A DNA stretch of 64,000 bases from Albugo candida (GCA_040437565.1 JBDOQK010000010.1:372001-436000); one strand, 5' to 3'; shown: positions 1 to 13,224, counted from the stretch's first letter. Numbers and translations: made by a program. Notes: generated by a model from the letters alone, not told the origin.

Positions 1-1
1 T

Positions 2-703
2 CTCCGTATTCTAGCGAATGTAACAAAGTATCGTTCTCCCTACTCCCACTTAGCAATAAGTGCCGACCACATTCAGTTGATGGAAGATTATCGAAATGAA
101 CAGGCATCGACGTCAAACGTTACTCGCACACCAGTCACAAATACGTGGGATCTTACAACATCATCCGCTCATCTAAATCATTCGCAACATATCGGCAATC
201 TTCGTCATCATTCGACTTCTCGACGTAGTTATGTTGCGCAATCGGCTAATGTTGCACCGTTCGGTGACACAGGGGAAACTCTCAATCTTTTCCCGCTTTC
301 ACCAGGTTTTGAACACACGGAAAAGCTGCATCAATCGATTTCAGAGGCCAGAATGAAAAATGCCAGTTTCCAGAAAGATCATTGGCTTGCAGCTAGTAGT
401 GATTCAAGCGCTTTTGCAAACGTAGAAGGATCACACATCACAAATGTATTAGTAGTCACATGGAACAAATATTCCGTGGGATGTATCCGATGCCTCGCAC
501 AACACGCAGAAGTACTTCTTTTCTCACTAATACGATCTTATGCATGGCTTATCAGTGGCACGCATTCTGCGATCGCTTGGGGATGTACAGAATGTCAAGG
601 TGTTCAATTAGGATCTCCTGTGGAACTGGACATCTATCCGCGGCGTCCAATCTCTTTCGCAAGTATCACAAGCATTCTCTCGACAAAAGAAAATATGGGA
701 TGA
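2..703 (+). CDS. CCG-like effector family paralogue A, 5'-partial (C-terminal half)
   Basis: Frame is open from window position 2. Strong protein similarity to the C-terminal half of 5126-6583 (TNTWD.TSSAH.NH.Q.I.NL, TLNLFP.SPGF..TEKLHQ, SHITNV, CIRCLAQHAEVLLFS...YAWLISG, LDI...RP.S). 3' flanks are also homologous (gaccgcatcag at ~843 and ~6703). Confidence 0.65.
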   Translation, partial: LRILANVTKYRSPYSHLAISADHIQLMEDYRNEQASTSNVTRTPVTNTWDLTTSSAHLNHSQHIGNLRHHSTSRRSYVAQSANVAPFGDTGETLNLFPLSPGFEHTEKLHQSISEARMKNASFQKDHWLAASSDSSAFANVEGSHITNVLVVTWNKYSVGCIRCLAQHAEVLLFSLIRSYAWLISGTHSAIAWGCTECQGVQLGSPVELDIYPRRPISFASITSILSTKENMG

Positions 704-3700
704 TTCAGCGACTATCATTCACCACCGGACGACGCGTTTCATCAGTATCATAGCGAGAAAAAGACAGAGGAGGACAGGTCAATAAGGAGTTTGATGATAT
801 ACATTTCGCCGAAAACTAGTGCGTTATTTTTAGACTTCTTGAGACCGCATCAGTGTCCTTCAGTGCGCGTTGTAATCCATCACAGCAGTTTCTATCACAC
901 GATCAGAGACAGAACATAGAAACGACACTATAGATGACTGTTTATTTCTGTTTCACTGATTCAGACGTCTCACGTGACTTCACATTTCTTGATTGTTGAT
1001 GGAATGTAATGAAGACACCAGTTTGCTTGCATGCAATGCATTTGAATACTTCGGCAATTGCTTCACCAGGCTCAGCCTAAGAATAATACTTTACTTCTGA
1101 GCAATTGTATCCGAGCCATATGTTCTGAATATAATCTGCACCGTTGAGTTGATTCACAATTCTACCTTGATGCATGAACAACATCGTCACCTATTATTGA
1201 AATGGCGAGAGATATTCTCGTTTGCTAGTATTTCTTCACTTTTCATTCTGACCGAATATCAAGAATGCGCACGTACCGAGTTGTTCGGTCAACCTTGTAC
1301 TATATCTTGGCACTGCACGCACGCAACTAGCGAGCTAGTATTATGTGATCACACAGGCATTCATAACAGCATTGGACGTTAATGCGATAAATCACACTCG
1401 GTCTCCTTCAAATTGTACAGTACAACCTCTATTTCCTCACTATACACAAGACAATCTTATATTATCACAAGCTAGGATGCTGATTTCTAATTATCAAGCA
1501 CCGAAAGTCGCATGATGTGTGGGACCCATTTAAAGGTCCAATATGTATTCCATAAGCCGCGCTTCTCCTCAACATGAAACTTGAAATCATCAAGACAATT
1601 ACACAGACTCGGCAAATAGGAGTGTCAAGATATTATATCAGAGAAAAAACCGGAAGTCTTCGAACATCCAGGCGGAAGTATCAATTCCACAAATAATCTT
1701 GATACTGTTAAAAAAATATGTAGTGTACCATTTCACCTTGGACACTTCCAGTTACATGTCAGAATATAGCATTATTGAATTAACGAGTGAGAGCAGAGAT
1801 TATTGTACTTTCAATTGTTGATGATCAATCCCTTTCAAGCCATTCTTCGTCCTTTACCGACGCATAAACANNNNNNNNNNNNNNNNNNNNNNNNNNNNNN
1901 NNNNNNNNNNNNNNNNNNNNNNNNNNNNNNNNNNNNNNNNNNNNNNNNNNNNNNNNNNNNNNNNNNNNNNTCTCCTTCAAATTGTACAGTACAACCTCTA
2001 TTTCCTCACTATACACAAGACAATCTTATATTATCACAAGCTAGGATGCTGATTTCTAATTATCAAGCACCGAAAGTCGCATGATGTGTGGGACCCATTT
2101 AAAGGTCCAATATGTATTCCATAAGCCGCGCTTCTCCTCAACATGAAACTTGAAATCATCAAGACAATTACACAGACTCGGCAAATAGGAGTGTCAAGAT
2201 ATTATATCAGAGAAAAAACCGGAAGTCTTCGAACATCCAGGCGGAAGTATCAATTCCACAAATAATCTTGATACTGTTAAAAAAATATGTAGTGTACCAT
2301 TTCACCTTGGACACTTCCAGTTACATGTCAGAATATAGCATTATTGAATTAACGAGTGAGAGCAGAGATTATTGTACTTTCAATTGTTGATGATCAATCC
2401 CTTTCAAGCCATTCTTCGTCCTTTACCGACGCATAAACATTGCAGACAGCACTGTATCGAAGGAACGCAATGCCGAATAGCGGTTTCAAAGTACTCTGTG
2501 TATGGAGCTTTCTAGAATCGAACAAAGGACGAGGCAGATTCACCAAAGTAGTCATCGTAATTCCAAGTTGGTGCGGAGGACTACGACATCCTGCATAAGA
2601 TTGGAACGAGTCTAGTAAATCTGTATTGTGAACTCGTTTGTTTAACGCAATAAAAAGTGATTCAAGCGGCCGTGTTTGACACAAAGATGATCTTGTTAAT
2701 TATTTTATTCAAATATGCCGTAAGTGCTAGGATGTACTCCGATGTTCAACTTCTTATAGGAGCTATCATTTTTGATGAGGTGATACATTCTCTGATCCGT
2801 ACTTTCATCTAGTGTAGTTGTTTGACAGGTAGCTCCTCGATACCATCACAAATACCGTTTGCCTGTTGCCTTCCCCTCAGTACTTTGATAACATCCCCAA
2901 TCGATCAATATCAGTAGCACATTGGGAAGAAGTAAAGAAAAGGATGGGTACGATGCATTTCACCCCTACATCGGTGATAAAGCGGATGGTTGGATCCTGT
3001 GATTGCTTGCATCCTGTGTATGAATAATCATTAGAATAAGCTGGTGATAGCGCGCAGCATCGGATGCCACAATCCCGTTAAAACTCTTGTTCTCGTCAGC
3101 CTTATATGTAGCCCTCTATATACGGCAGATTGATAACATCTACAAGTGTTCCAACGTTCAATGTTGCAAGTACAAAGTGCACGATATCGCACTTGAAATA
3201 TCATGCGGAGAAAAGTCTATTCCAATCAATGTGCGCCGCAATTGCACCAGTTGCATGGCGACTCCTCCGTTCTCTGCCACATTAGCAGCCTCCACCTGTA
3301 GAGTATCTGTTGGCCTGATGCTTTGCGTAGTGCGAGCTCCAACGATACCTTCGCCATCGCTAACTTCCATCAACGGCACGCATTCAGCTGTGCAGCCATC
3401 GCTGATGTTGTTATCGTTCGCTGGTTTTGTTGGCATCTAGTTGGTTATAGGAAGCCTCATCAAGTTGTACTTGTATGAAAAAGCTAAGTTCACGGGCTGT
3501 ATCTCATACTTTACGCATTCTGACGAGAAGAAGTTAGATATCTATCCAAATACTCTGAAGGCGCTAATCAGTTGTTCTAAAACACGCAAGATACGCAGTG
3601 ATTCCATGCGAACATGGCTATATTTCTAGGTTCGATCAGCTCTCTCAGAATGCGTCAATTAATACCTTATAGCCGATTTGTGAAAGATTTGTGGTTGTGG

Positions 3701-5107
3701 TAAATTCTCAATCCAAAATAGGCACTGGCTGATATTCCTGTTGCTGCTTTGCATCCGCTGTCGTGGATCTCCATCGGGAATTTTGTCCCTCCCAGTCATG
3801 TGTCCCTTGAATGGCGTTTAGAAGTGTACACTCCAAGGATCCTTAAGAATGAGGCTAGCAACCGTCTATTTGGAGTACAAGTCGAGGCTTCATCGTTTCT
3901 GTACTACCGAGTCATCACTGCGATCAAAAACTCTGCCACACCACGAATAAAACCCAGCGATACCGACCTTGAAATGAAAAGCTCTCAGCGTTACTGCGTT
4001 TTCACTCTGACCGTCTGTATACAAGTGCGAGTGCGTAACGAGAAAGTGACACACGTAAAGGTACTGTCATTACCTTTACCCCTGCAGATATGTGGTGGAC
4101 ATATTTACTGAGTCCTTACTTAGGCTGATGATTTCCACACTATTGTCGTCACTGAACGATTTTGAGCACTTAAGATAAAAGTTGGAAAGTAAGATAACTG
4201 AAAGTTGATTAGCCTGATGTGTTCCACACTGGTTCAGGGACATCAGCTTCAATAAACTTAGAGCAAGCTGCCATGTAATCGAAACATACAGAGGACAAGT
4301 CGACTTATGTGCAGTAATGATTTGAAGAGCAAGTTGTTTCGAAGAAAAAAGCTGCATTGTTTCTGGATTGATCGAGTATGCAGCGGCCGTCGAATTCAGA
4401 GGGTCTAACGCACTTACTTCGTAATTGCACTAAAGGAACACCGAGGAGAATGTGAGGTGTTCACAAATACTGTGTTGCGCGTATATTTTCCGATATTGCT
4501 ACAATCTAACTTATGATCACGCGCTCTGGATATCATCGTGAGTTCTCAGAGAATGATGGCTGACACTCTTGACATATGGACACCATCGTGCTATTTTGGG
4601 TTATAATAATGCTCGCGTCACATCCACCGATTGTCGTATTATGTAGTAGTCAAGTTATTACATTGCACATGCCGCAATAAACAGACCTCCATCCATTTCA
4701 AAGAATTTTTAACAACACCCGGAAAGCTCTCCTATCTTGCATAGCCTCAGTTCTCTTATTCGCTGTATTCAAAGATAGCAACCACATAAATCGTATTTCA
4801 ATGCGTAAGGATCTTGAGCAATCACCTCAACATCAGTGTAATGCGTGTAAATCTTTCGACGAAACTAATTGGATCCTTCAAGCTTTTATCTCATCAGTGT
4901 TGTGATGACTACAAGCCTGTACCAGGACACAACGGTGACTGATGGGTCTCATATATTGTAATCAAATTATCTTGCCACACTAAGGCTAAGCGATACATAT
5001 AGCCGNNNNNNNNNNNNNNNNNNNNNNNNNNNNNNNNNNNNNNNNNNNNNNNNNNNNNNNNNNNNNNNNNNNNNNNNNNNNNNNNNNNNNNNNNNNNNNN
5101 NNNNNTC

Positions 5108-6583
5108 AACACTTTCCCAGTTAGAATGGCTGATGCATCAACATCATCGTCAAACCGGGGTAGTACTAGCGCGAATAGCATTCTTGCAGTTGGCGGACCA
5201 TCTCGAACAGACATGGATTCATCTGTGCAAGATGTGTATCCGCCATTTCAATGCTTACAGTTGAAAAGCAGTTTAGGCGACCAAATTACAGACTGTCGCT
5301 TGTGCCTCGTCGAAAACTTTGGAAATGCACTCGTCCCTTCCGACAGACACGAATATTACTTCTACATGATGATTTTAGTTTCAAAGAAAGATTTCGAAAA
5401 AAAACCTTGTCACGAAACGTGTGGCGAAATCGAGTACTCGGATCAAGTTCCATCAAAATGTCTATTGAATTTGGAAAACCATCGTGTACCCTTTCCAGCT
5501 GATGATCAATTTTTGGCTCGAATGCCTAGCACAAAAGGCCAGGAGACAGTCGCAGCTAAGTTGCGACGCCCGATGAGCAGTGGCTGCGTCTGGGGGCAGA
5601 GGGAATTCAATAAAAACAACGAAAACGAGAACGACAACAACGTGTGTTCAGAGTGTATACTGGAAGTCGGATCGGTGGCAGTGATGGACCTTTCTGATGC
5701 TACGGTACTTACTGCACTACAACCATTGGAAACAAGGCAGGCTGATGAGAGGAAACTGAATCTAGCCAAGTGCGTCACTGAATCTATGTGCTCGCAGCTA
5801 ATCTTTATTCCAAATGCTATGTGTTTCTATCAAATGAGTATTCAGAGATTAGTGGATCCGACAAAAAAATCATTTCCCGCCGGTCCCAACTTAGCAACAA
5901 GTGTCGATAACATTCCGTTGCTGGAAGGTTATCGAAATACGCAGACATCGACGTCAAGCTTTACTCCCATAACGGCCACGAATACTTGGGATCATCCAAC
6001 ATCATCCGCTCATCAAAATCACTTGCAATATATCGACAATCTTCATCTTCATCTTCATTTGCCTTCTCGGCGTAATTCCGGTGGCCAGTCGGCGTATGTC
6101 GCAGCGTTGGGTGATCCAGGGCAAACTCTCAATCTTTTTCCCGTGTCCCCAGGATTCAAAGACACGGAAAAGCTGCATCAATTGAGCTTAGGCCAGAAAG
6201 ATCATCGGCTTGCAGCCAGTCATGATTCAGGCGCTTCCACACAATCACACATCACAAATGTACGGGCAGTTAAATGTCCCGATGATTCCGTGGAATGTCT
6301 CTTGTGTCTTGCGCGATACGGAGAAATGCTGCTTTTTTCCACTGTCTATTTTTACGCTTGGCTTATAAGTGGCACAGTCGAAGAGGACAATGCGCTTTTT
6401 GCACACTGTAAAGTCCATCAAGAAGAAGCTCCTATAAAATTAGATATTCATCGGTGGCGGCCAATGTCTTATGTCCGTATGTCAGAAATTCTCTCGATAC
6501 GTGAAAATCCGCCTCCTCTCCATCATGAGGTCAAAAGGCAGAGAACTCAAAAAACGAACAAGCGGAACAAGAAAAGCTTATGA
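5108..6583 (+). CDS. CCG-like (CxxCxxxxxG) effector family paralogue B, N-terminus lost in gap 5006-5105
   Basis: 485+ aa ORF open back to the gap. Contains CRLCLVENFG, an exact CxxCxxxxxG match (the Albugo CCG effector motif), further CxxC modules (CSECILEVG, CLLCLARYG) and a basic C-terminus (KRQRTQKTNKRNKK). No signal peptide is visible because of the gap. Confidence 0.65.
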   Translation, partial: NTFPVRMADASTSSSNRGSTSANSILAVGGPSRTDMDSSVQDVYPPFQCLQLKSSLGDQITDCRLCLVENFGNALVPSDRHEYYFYMMILVSKKDFEKKPCHETCGEIEYSDQVPSKCLLNLENHRVPFPADDQFLARMPSTKGQETVAAKLRRPMSSGCVWGQREFNKNNENENDNNVCSECILEVGSVAVMDLSDATVLTALQPLETRQADERKLNLAKCVTESMCSQLIFIPNAMCFYQMSIQRLVDPTKKSFPAGPNLATSVDNIPLLEGYRNTQTSTSSFTPITATNTWDHPTSSAHQNHLQYIDNLHLHLHLPSRRNSGGQSAYVAALGDPGQTLNLFPVSPGFKDTEKLHQLSLGQKDHRLAASHDSGASTQSHITNVRAVKCPDDSVECLLCLARYGEMLLFSTVYFYAWLISGTVEEDNALFAHCKVHQEEAPIKLDIHRWRPMSYVRMSEILSIRENPPPLHHEVKRQRTQKTNKRNKKSL

Positions 6584-7317
6584 TTTTTGAATCCACGGCG
6601 GACCAGCATTTCAATTAGCTCTTTGAACAGAAGTCTTATTTTAGGATACATTTTGAAGAAGTCTGAGAATATACATTTTTTGCCATAACAAATGCATACT
6701 TTGACCGCATCAGCCTCCTACAGCGTGTGTTATGATTCTCCACTTTCAGAGGCAGATGATATTGTACGATAATGTGACTATATGTTTATTGCTGTTTTGT
6801 TGAGAATTGGACTTCATAACGGTCATTAGCGTTCCAATAATCTATTTTAAAAATTAGGTCGACCGATATCCCTTATAGGATTATAACGTTCCAAGTGTAT
6901 GCCACATTCAGGCCACCGGCATAGCGACTTGAATTGCATGTGTTCGTGAGCACTAGTTGCACGACTCTTATTATACTAGAAATTAAGTTAGGACGGACAT
7001 ATGTGCTGCGAACATGCTCGATTTGTTGTATCACTTCACCGTGTTATACGTTATTTCTATGAGCAATATAGACACCACCATGAGTTTCATCATGATATAC
7101 TGCCAATGCAAATAAACTTTCAGAGTTTTACTCCAGGTCAAAAGGACGCGATTGTGAGTGTGCGACATGATAAGAGGATGTATGTTGACCAATAAAATGC
7201 TGCCAATAATCACTTACCCGCAGAGGGTAGGGCTTAAGGGTTTTACAAAAATACACACATCGATTTTTCATTTAGGAAATCCTAAATTCGCAGTTAGTTG
7301 CTATTGTGTGCTGATTC

Positions 7318-8797
7318 ATGCAACCACTTGAGCGACACTATTCGTTCGCTATGGAAAACATTGTACACAATTATTTCGATATAGAAAACGCACCTAAAGC
7401 GTTGGATGACACGTTGACCGACAAAACGCAAACTAAACTGATGAAAGAAAACGATTTTGACATTAAAGAACTCGAAGTCTTGAGTTCTCCAACCGCTTCA
7501 GTCGAATCAAATGAGACCTTTTTGATCATTTCCGATTTTGAGGAGCGAGACTCTATGAAAGATTCGTGGGTCACCGAGGACTTGAATGGGTCCTTTTATT
7601 CGCAACGTGAACCGTTTCTAGATGCTTCGACGGAAATCACAAAGTATGAAGGATATTGCGAGGCTATAGAAAAGGCTCAAGACTGTTTGGATTCTCGTCT
7701 TATAGCGTACTCGCGATATCAGGGCATGGTATGTCCCTTTGTTTTGTTACTGCTCTTACGCAAGCACTGATGCGTTCATTTCGATTTAATAGATGAATGA
7801 TTACAAGGAATCACTTTTGACTTCACGACGGGATTTTTTTGGACTCGAACACTCGATATCGATCTTACGTGATCGAGCAATCGTATTGGATCATGCTGTC
7901 ACAATATGTATGGGTTGGCAAAAAGTAAGTGGAGTTGATGCATGCAGCCGGGATTTACTGCGCCTTTTGGAGGAGGAAGGTGTCACCTATTCGGCTCACG
8001 ACACAGCCTACAGCGTCAAATATCTGGCTCCCGTATCACCCAACGGCGACTGTCTTTTTCTATCTTTGGAACAATTATTGCTTTACAGTGATGAGTGTGA
8101 GCCGTTAAACTCACATAGTATTCGCCAAGTTGGAGCGACTCATTTTCTTGCGTATTACAACTCCTGCTCAAGTGAAGAACAAAGTCGAATCAACCAAACA
8201 ATCCGTAATTTGTATCACCCTTCATTACAAGGGGGTTGGGCCGTAAGCACATTTCAGACACGCCGCTATATTGCACCTATCACCGAGCGTGACCTGCTAC
8301 TCGCGCAATGTATCGATCTCCAAGACCGAGGGTATTCTCGACACGAAGCAGCAGAGATTGTGTACACACATTATGCAGAACCAGTTGTGAATGCCTATAC
8401 ATATGCAAAGTACATGAGCGTTGGAAGTGGAAAGAATTCACATTATCTTATATCACTCACTTATACCAAACATGGCCTGGTCTCTGTGGATGTGGATACA
8501 GATGGCACACGTGTTGCTTGGGGTGATGATATCATCTTGGAATCGCTCGCGACCGCATACAAACGTGATATTTTTGTTGTTTTGGTTGGTTGCGGAAAAA
8601 TGTTCTTCTTACCTCATTGCCCTCGCAAGAAAGTCGAGTCGATTGAGGAGCAGGGTGTGAAGTCGAAGGGACAATCGCCATGGTTTTTATTGATGCGGCT
8701 CACAGGGTCGGATCGTGGTGGTGATCATTATGAGCCAATGCTTTGTGAACGTGTTCGAGGAGACGGCTGTATAGAATTTGGAGAAATCGGAGAGTGA
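7318..8797 (+). CDS. OTU-family cysteine protease (deubiquitinase-like); exons 7318-7728 and 7793-8797
   Basis: Phase-0 64-nt intron (GTATGT...CACTGA...TAG, 7729-7792) joins the two ORFs. OTU motifs: VSPNGDCLFLSL (catalytic Cys loop), WGDDIILESLATAYKRDIFV, and HYEP (catalytic His). Confidence 0.8.
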
Positions 8798-9294
8798 GGA
8801 TGCATACTTTAGGAGACTCACTCAGTGTATCTTTGCACTGTAATGCTTATGATTTCGTGTTTCGAGTTGCGACCGACACGGTCTCACAAAGGCTGCGATT
8901 ACGTAGATACTGTATATTATTGATGATTTTCATATATCTAACGACAGAAATGCTTCGTGTTTAGTTCTTTTTGCTTTGTGTTGACGTTATGTATCAATCC
9001 AATAACAGCGTTAGTCAGGTGCTCTACGAGCGGATACGCTACTTCTCTCCAATTTGTATCGATAGTTGGATTAGAAGGTTATCACGTACACCACGCCAAT
9101 TCGACAAAATTTGGCAATCAAACCGTAAAAATTCCAGCAAATCAAAGCACAGAATTATATGGTCATACAACGTAATTTGTCCTAATAAATTCATAGGATG
9201 CTGCTGTTATTACAACTCACAACAACTATAAGATCAAGCACGTAAATAGCACTACACTTTTGTTCCCAAAGCATATGATACATTGCTTAAGGGG

Positions 9295-10744
9295 TCAAAC
9301 GGCACCATTGAATCCTAAATTGACGAGCGCTCTGGACGCTTGTTGACAAATTCGATCATTGGAAGAGCCGGCGAGCTGCTGTAATGCTTGAACGCCTCCA
9401 AGCCTCACGATAGCCTGCTTATTTTCAGCTAAAACACACGCCAATTATGGAGGGCATGGAAATGACACCAATGTATAGAGAACTCACGATTCACGGAAAG
9501 ATTGCGCAAAGCTCGGGCAATCTGTGACTGCAATTCGATCGAATCTGACTTGACACCTTCTATGATCGGACTCAAGCCACCTTCGTGGGCTATAGCAACC
9601 TCATTGGCATCTAGATTTTGTATACATAAGCTGGGATTGATCGTACATAAGCAACGAACCATTTACAGCTAAATTAGCTAGAGCGGCGACTGCTTCAACT
9701 GATACGAGCTTGTAAAATAATATATCACTGGAGCAGCGTGCACTTACTTGCTACTCCAGCATGCTTTGAACTGGCTAATAAGATCAAAGGTTTGATTCCA
9801 CCGGCTGCAGCAACTTTCTNNNNNNNNNNNNNNNNNNNNNNNNNNNNNNNNNNNNNNNNNNNNNNNNNNNNNNNNNNNNNNNNNNNNNNNNNNNNNNNNN
9901 NNNNNNNNNNNNNNNNNNNCAACGAACCATTTACAGCTAAATTAGCTAGAGCGGCGACTGCTTCAACTGATACGAGCTTGTAAAATAATATATCACTGGA
10001 GCAGCGTGCACTTACTTGCTACTCCAGCATGCTTTGAACTGGCTAATAAGATCAAAGGTTTGATTCCACCGGCTGCAGCAACTTTCTCTTTGTTGTCAAC
10101 TATCAAATTGTGGATTATAAGCACGCACGCTACTCATTTGAGCGCAATAATTACCATTGACAGCCAAATTTGCGATTGCTTTTGCAGCCTGACGTTGTAC
10201 ATGCTCATTACTCGAACCCAAGAGCTCGATAAGCATTTCGATACCACCTTCGCTAGCCATCTTCTGCTGATTTTCAGCTACATTTGAATCATGAGTTAAT
10301 CTATAGCCATTCTTTCTCTTCTTGAAGTATACAGTTGACAGATAAGTTTGCTAAAGCATGAGCAGCCAAGCGTTGTACTTCTATATCTGTTGACTTTGTC
10401 AAGGGTAGAAGAAGTTCCAACCCGCAAAGCTCTACGATTTGCACTTGTCGGTCCGCTAGATGAAAAATCATCAGATTTCCATAAATTATGTGAATTGTAT
10501 CATGCATATAAACGAACGTTTCACAGCTTCATTCGCTAGTTTTTCAGCTACTTCTCTTTGCAGCGATGTGTCGGCTGATTTCGCGTACGCAATAAGACGC
10601 TGTAAATTGATTTGTAGCGCTTCGGTAAATCCTTCGTCTTCATCACATACACTGGTTATCAGTCCGACGCAGCAAAACGCACAAGTCACCTGATTCGTCA
10701 AAGTTGAATTCCTCTTTCTGCTCTCTTGTAGTCTGATTACCCAT
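9295..10744 (-). CDS. Armadillo-repeat protein, Vac8-like, multi-exon (interrupted by gap 9820-9919 with a duplicated flank)
   Basis: Spliced product MGNQTT... with ARM repeats: EVQRLAAHALANLSVN, ENQQKMASEGGIEMLIELL..NEHVQRQAAKAIANLAVN, KVAAAGGIKPLILLA, ELQSQIARALRNLSVN, ENKQAIVRLGGVQALQQL. Seven short GT-AG introns. The MG start is a possible myristoylation site. Confidence 0.85.
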
Positions 10745-10954
10745 TGCTTCCTTCCGTCACTAACGTTAAACTAGGATTCGCGTACAGCGTCAGTTGAGCC
10801 ATTGCGAATAGAATGCGTCTGTTAGACACGTCAGTGCGGGGTCCTATTTAGATTGTGGAGGTCTTTAACCAGCTTGTGTCTGCCTATTTATCGAGGGCCA
10901 CTATCAAGGGCAGGTAGATCATAGTTTAAATAAGTCTAATGTATTGATATGATC

Positions 10955-13224
10955 TCAATTTGCTTCTCCAACCATTTCTTCAGCCAAAGACACTGCAACT
11001 GAGTCGAGAAAATTTCTCAATCCATCTTCAGCAATTTCCATAGTTGCAATATTGGAATGGACAAAAGGTGACTGGTTCGTTGGAAATGCATAATAGAGAG
11101 CAGGAGGAGACACAATCTGCGCGGAAGAAATCTCCATACGATTTTGAAATGCTGGTGATTTGATCGATTCATGCTTCATTTCAATAGTAGAAGCTGATTC
11201 AAAAAGCATGGTGCTTGGAGAACAAATCATAGCGTTTCTCTCTTCTAATGACGCGCGCTGAAGACGAAGCGTTGAAGCTGCTTCCAATACGTCCTGAGAA
11301 GCTCCAAATGATGAGTTTCTAGGTATCGTAATGGATGAGCAATTTGTATATTCAGAGTAAGACGGATTTGCTGATACGGTAGTATCTACAGTCGAGCCAT
11401 TATTGGAGCATAGATTCGAAAAGAAGCTCATACCTTGATTTTCAGCTAAATCAGGCGATATTTGCTTGGTGTAATCGACATTCAGATATGGAGAATCCTT
11501 TGTAAGCTGACAATCGTACTCTGATGTGGTTTTCACTATTTCTGATGAGTCCATAGTTTCCGCCAAGAGGACTGGCGCTGGCTGATGAAATGTAGACCGT
11601 ACACCGGTGATTTCACACTTGCGATTCATATCAGCGTCGCTTAAGCCTACTGCGCTCTCCATATCCTCCTTACAGCCATTATTATTTCTGTACCCTACTA
11701 CTTGACGTTGAACACGATGCTGATTAGCTCGTAACCATTTCCGTCTCGCTGCTGAATTGTACCGATTTTTGACAGCATTTTCTGTGCGTCCGGGCAGAAA
11801 CTTTGCAATCTCACTCCATTTATTACCTATTCTGGACTGAGACATGAAAATAATATCATCCTCTTCGCTGGTCCATTTTCCTTTGCGGACACTTGAGTCA
11901 AGATGGTTACACCAGCGTTCTCGACACTGTTTCCCAATCCGACCTGGTAAATGTACAGCAATCTCACTCCATCGAAGCTTTCCGACTTTTTGGTAGCGAC
12001 CAACCAGTCTCAAAAGTATCTCATCTTCTTCAGGAGTCCAAGGACCTTTGACTAGACCGGGCTTCAATACTTTATTCCATCGATGTAAACATTGTACATC
12101 GGTTCGCTGATTTCCAAGCTCTTTGGCTATATGCCTCCAGTTTCTTCCTTGATGCTCTATAACAGCATTCCGAAGTCTTACATCTTCATCTCGCGACCAT
12201 CTTCGATGACTCGATATAGTGTGTTCATCCAACTCCGAACGAGATAATTGATGTCTAGTTGTTGAGGGAGGAGGCGCTTGGTAACATTCACCATTGGGTG
12301 TACCAATTCGGTTACATCGTCGTGGCTCAAATGTACTAGTGAACTTGCCTGAACCTAAAGTTGTGTTACTTTCATCTCCCTGAATGGCTTCGCAATGTCC
12401 TTTGTTTGATCTCCCGTCTCCTAATTTTAGAGATTCTGTACCTCCAATCATGACATTACACTTATAATCAACGAAGGGCGCTGCCGATGTATGCAGTGAT
12501 TCCGGAGTGCCAAAGCGGACAAGTGGTTTTATATCTTTTTCACAGCCATCGATATTTTCGGACATGAGTTGCACCAGCGATTCCTCACGTGCACGAGAAT
12601 GAGAAGGTTCCGATTGCAAGCAGTTGAATACATCAGGTTCGACTATTCTTCCTTCATGGTCAAGCGACTTGCTGTTGGCAATGACATTATCAGAATGTAT
12701 TTGATTTTCATGTGAATGCAACGTGCGAAGCTTTGGTGGCGCGGTACGAGGTAAAGAAGAAGAAATGATTGTTTTGTCTGAGCCGGTCGACCAGCTACCT
12801 CCTCCCTTTGAACAAATTGTCTTGCTTTGGACTTGGTCGCTTGATGATAAAAACGGCTCACTGACAATCACCCAATTTTGTTCTTAATATATTTAAAACG
12901 CAAACGAAGAAAGTCAGATCTCAAGTACCGAGAAAGAAATTACGTACGATTATGCAGAGTTGGATGAGAGCTGTTTACAGCAAAACCAGATGTAGATAAT
13001 GAGTCTTTCATAGAAGCTGGTAACGCGATATTCGTCACGACTCTCCTTTTCAACGTCAATGGAATGGGCTGTTCTAGGCAATGTGGCTTGACATCTCCAA
13101 CGTGGTCATGTGGCTCGACCGTATGGTGATCTTCATTGTTGTTCCTATCACGGTCAAATCCTGCTTCCGAAAGAGAACGTTTGGGTGAGAATTTGCCCAA
13201 ATGGCTGCAGACGTCAATGAGCAT
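10955..13224 (-). CDS. R1R2R3 (3R) Myb transcription factor; start position uncertain
   Basis: Three Myb repeats: RRWSRDED...[25 protein letters not shown]...[24 protein letters not shown]...[14 protein letters not shown] phase-1 intron at 12883-12947 links the upstream ORF (12940-13239) in frame. Confidence 0.9.

Noticed and set aside
1402-2439. ~470-nt perfect direct repeat
   Set aside because: It straddles a 100-N gap, like ten other cases, so it is an assembly overlap rather than a biological repeat.
2394-4357. Series of short minus-strand ORFs that might be a decayed gene
   Set aside because: No convincing motif, signal peptide or family similarity could be read by eye.
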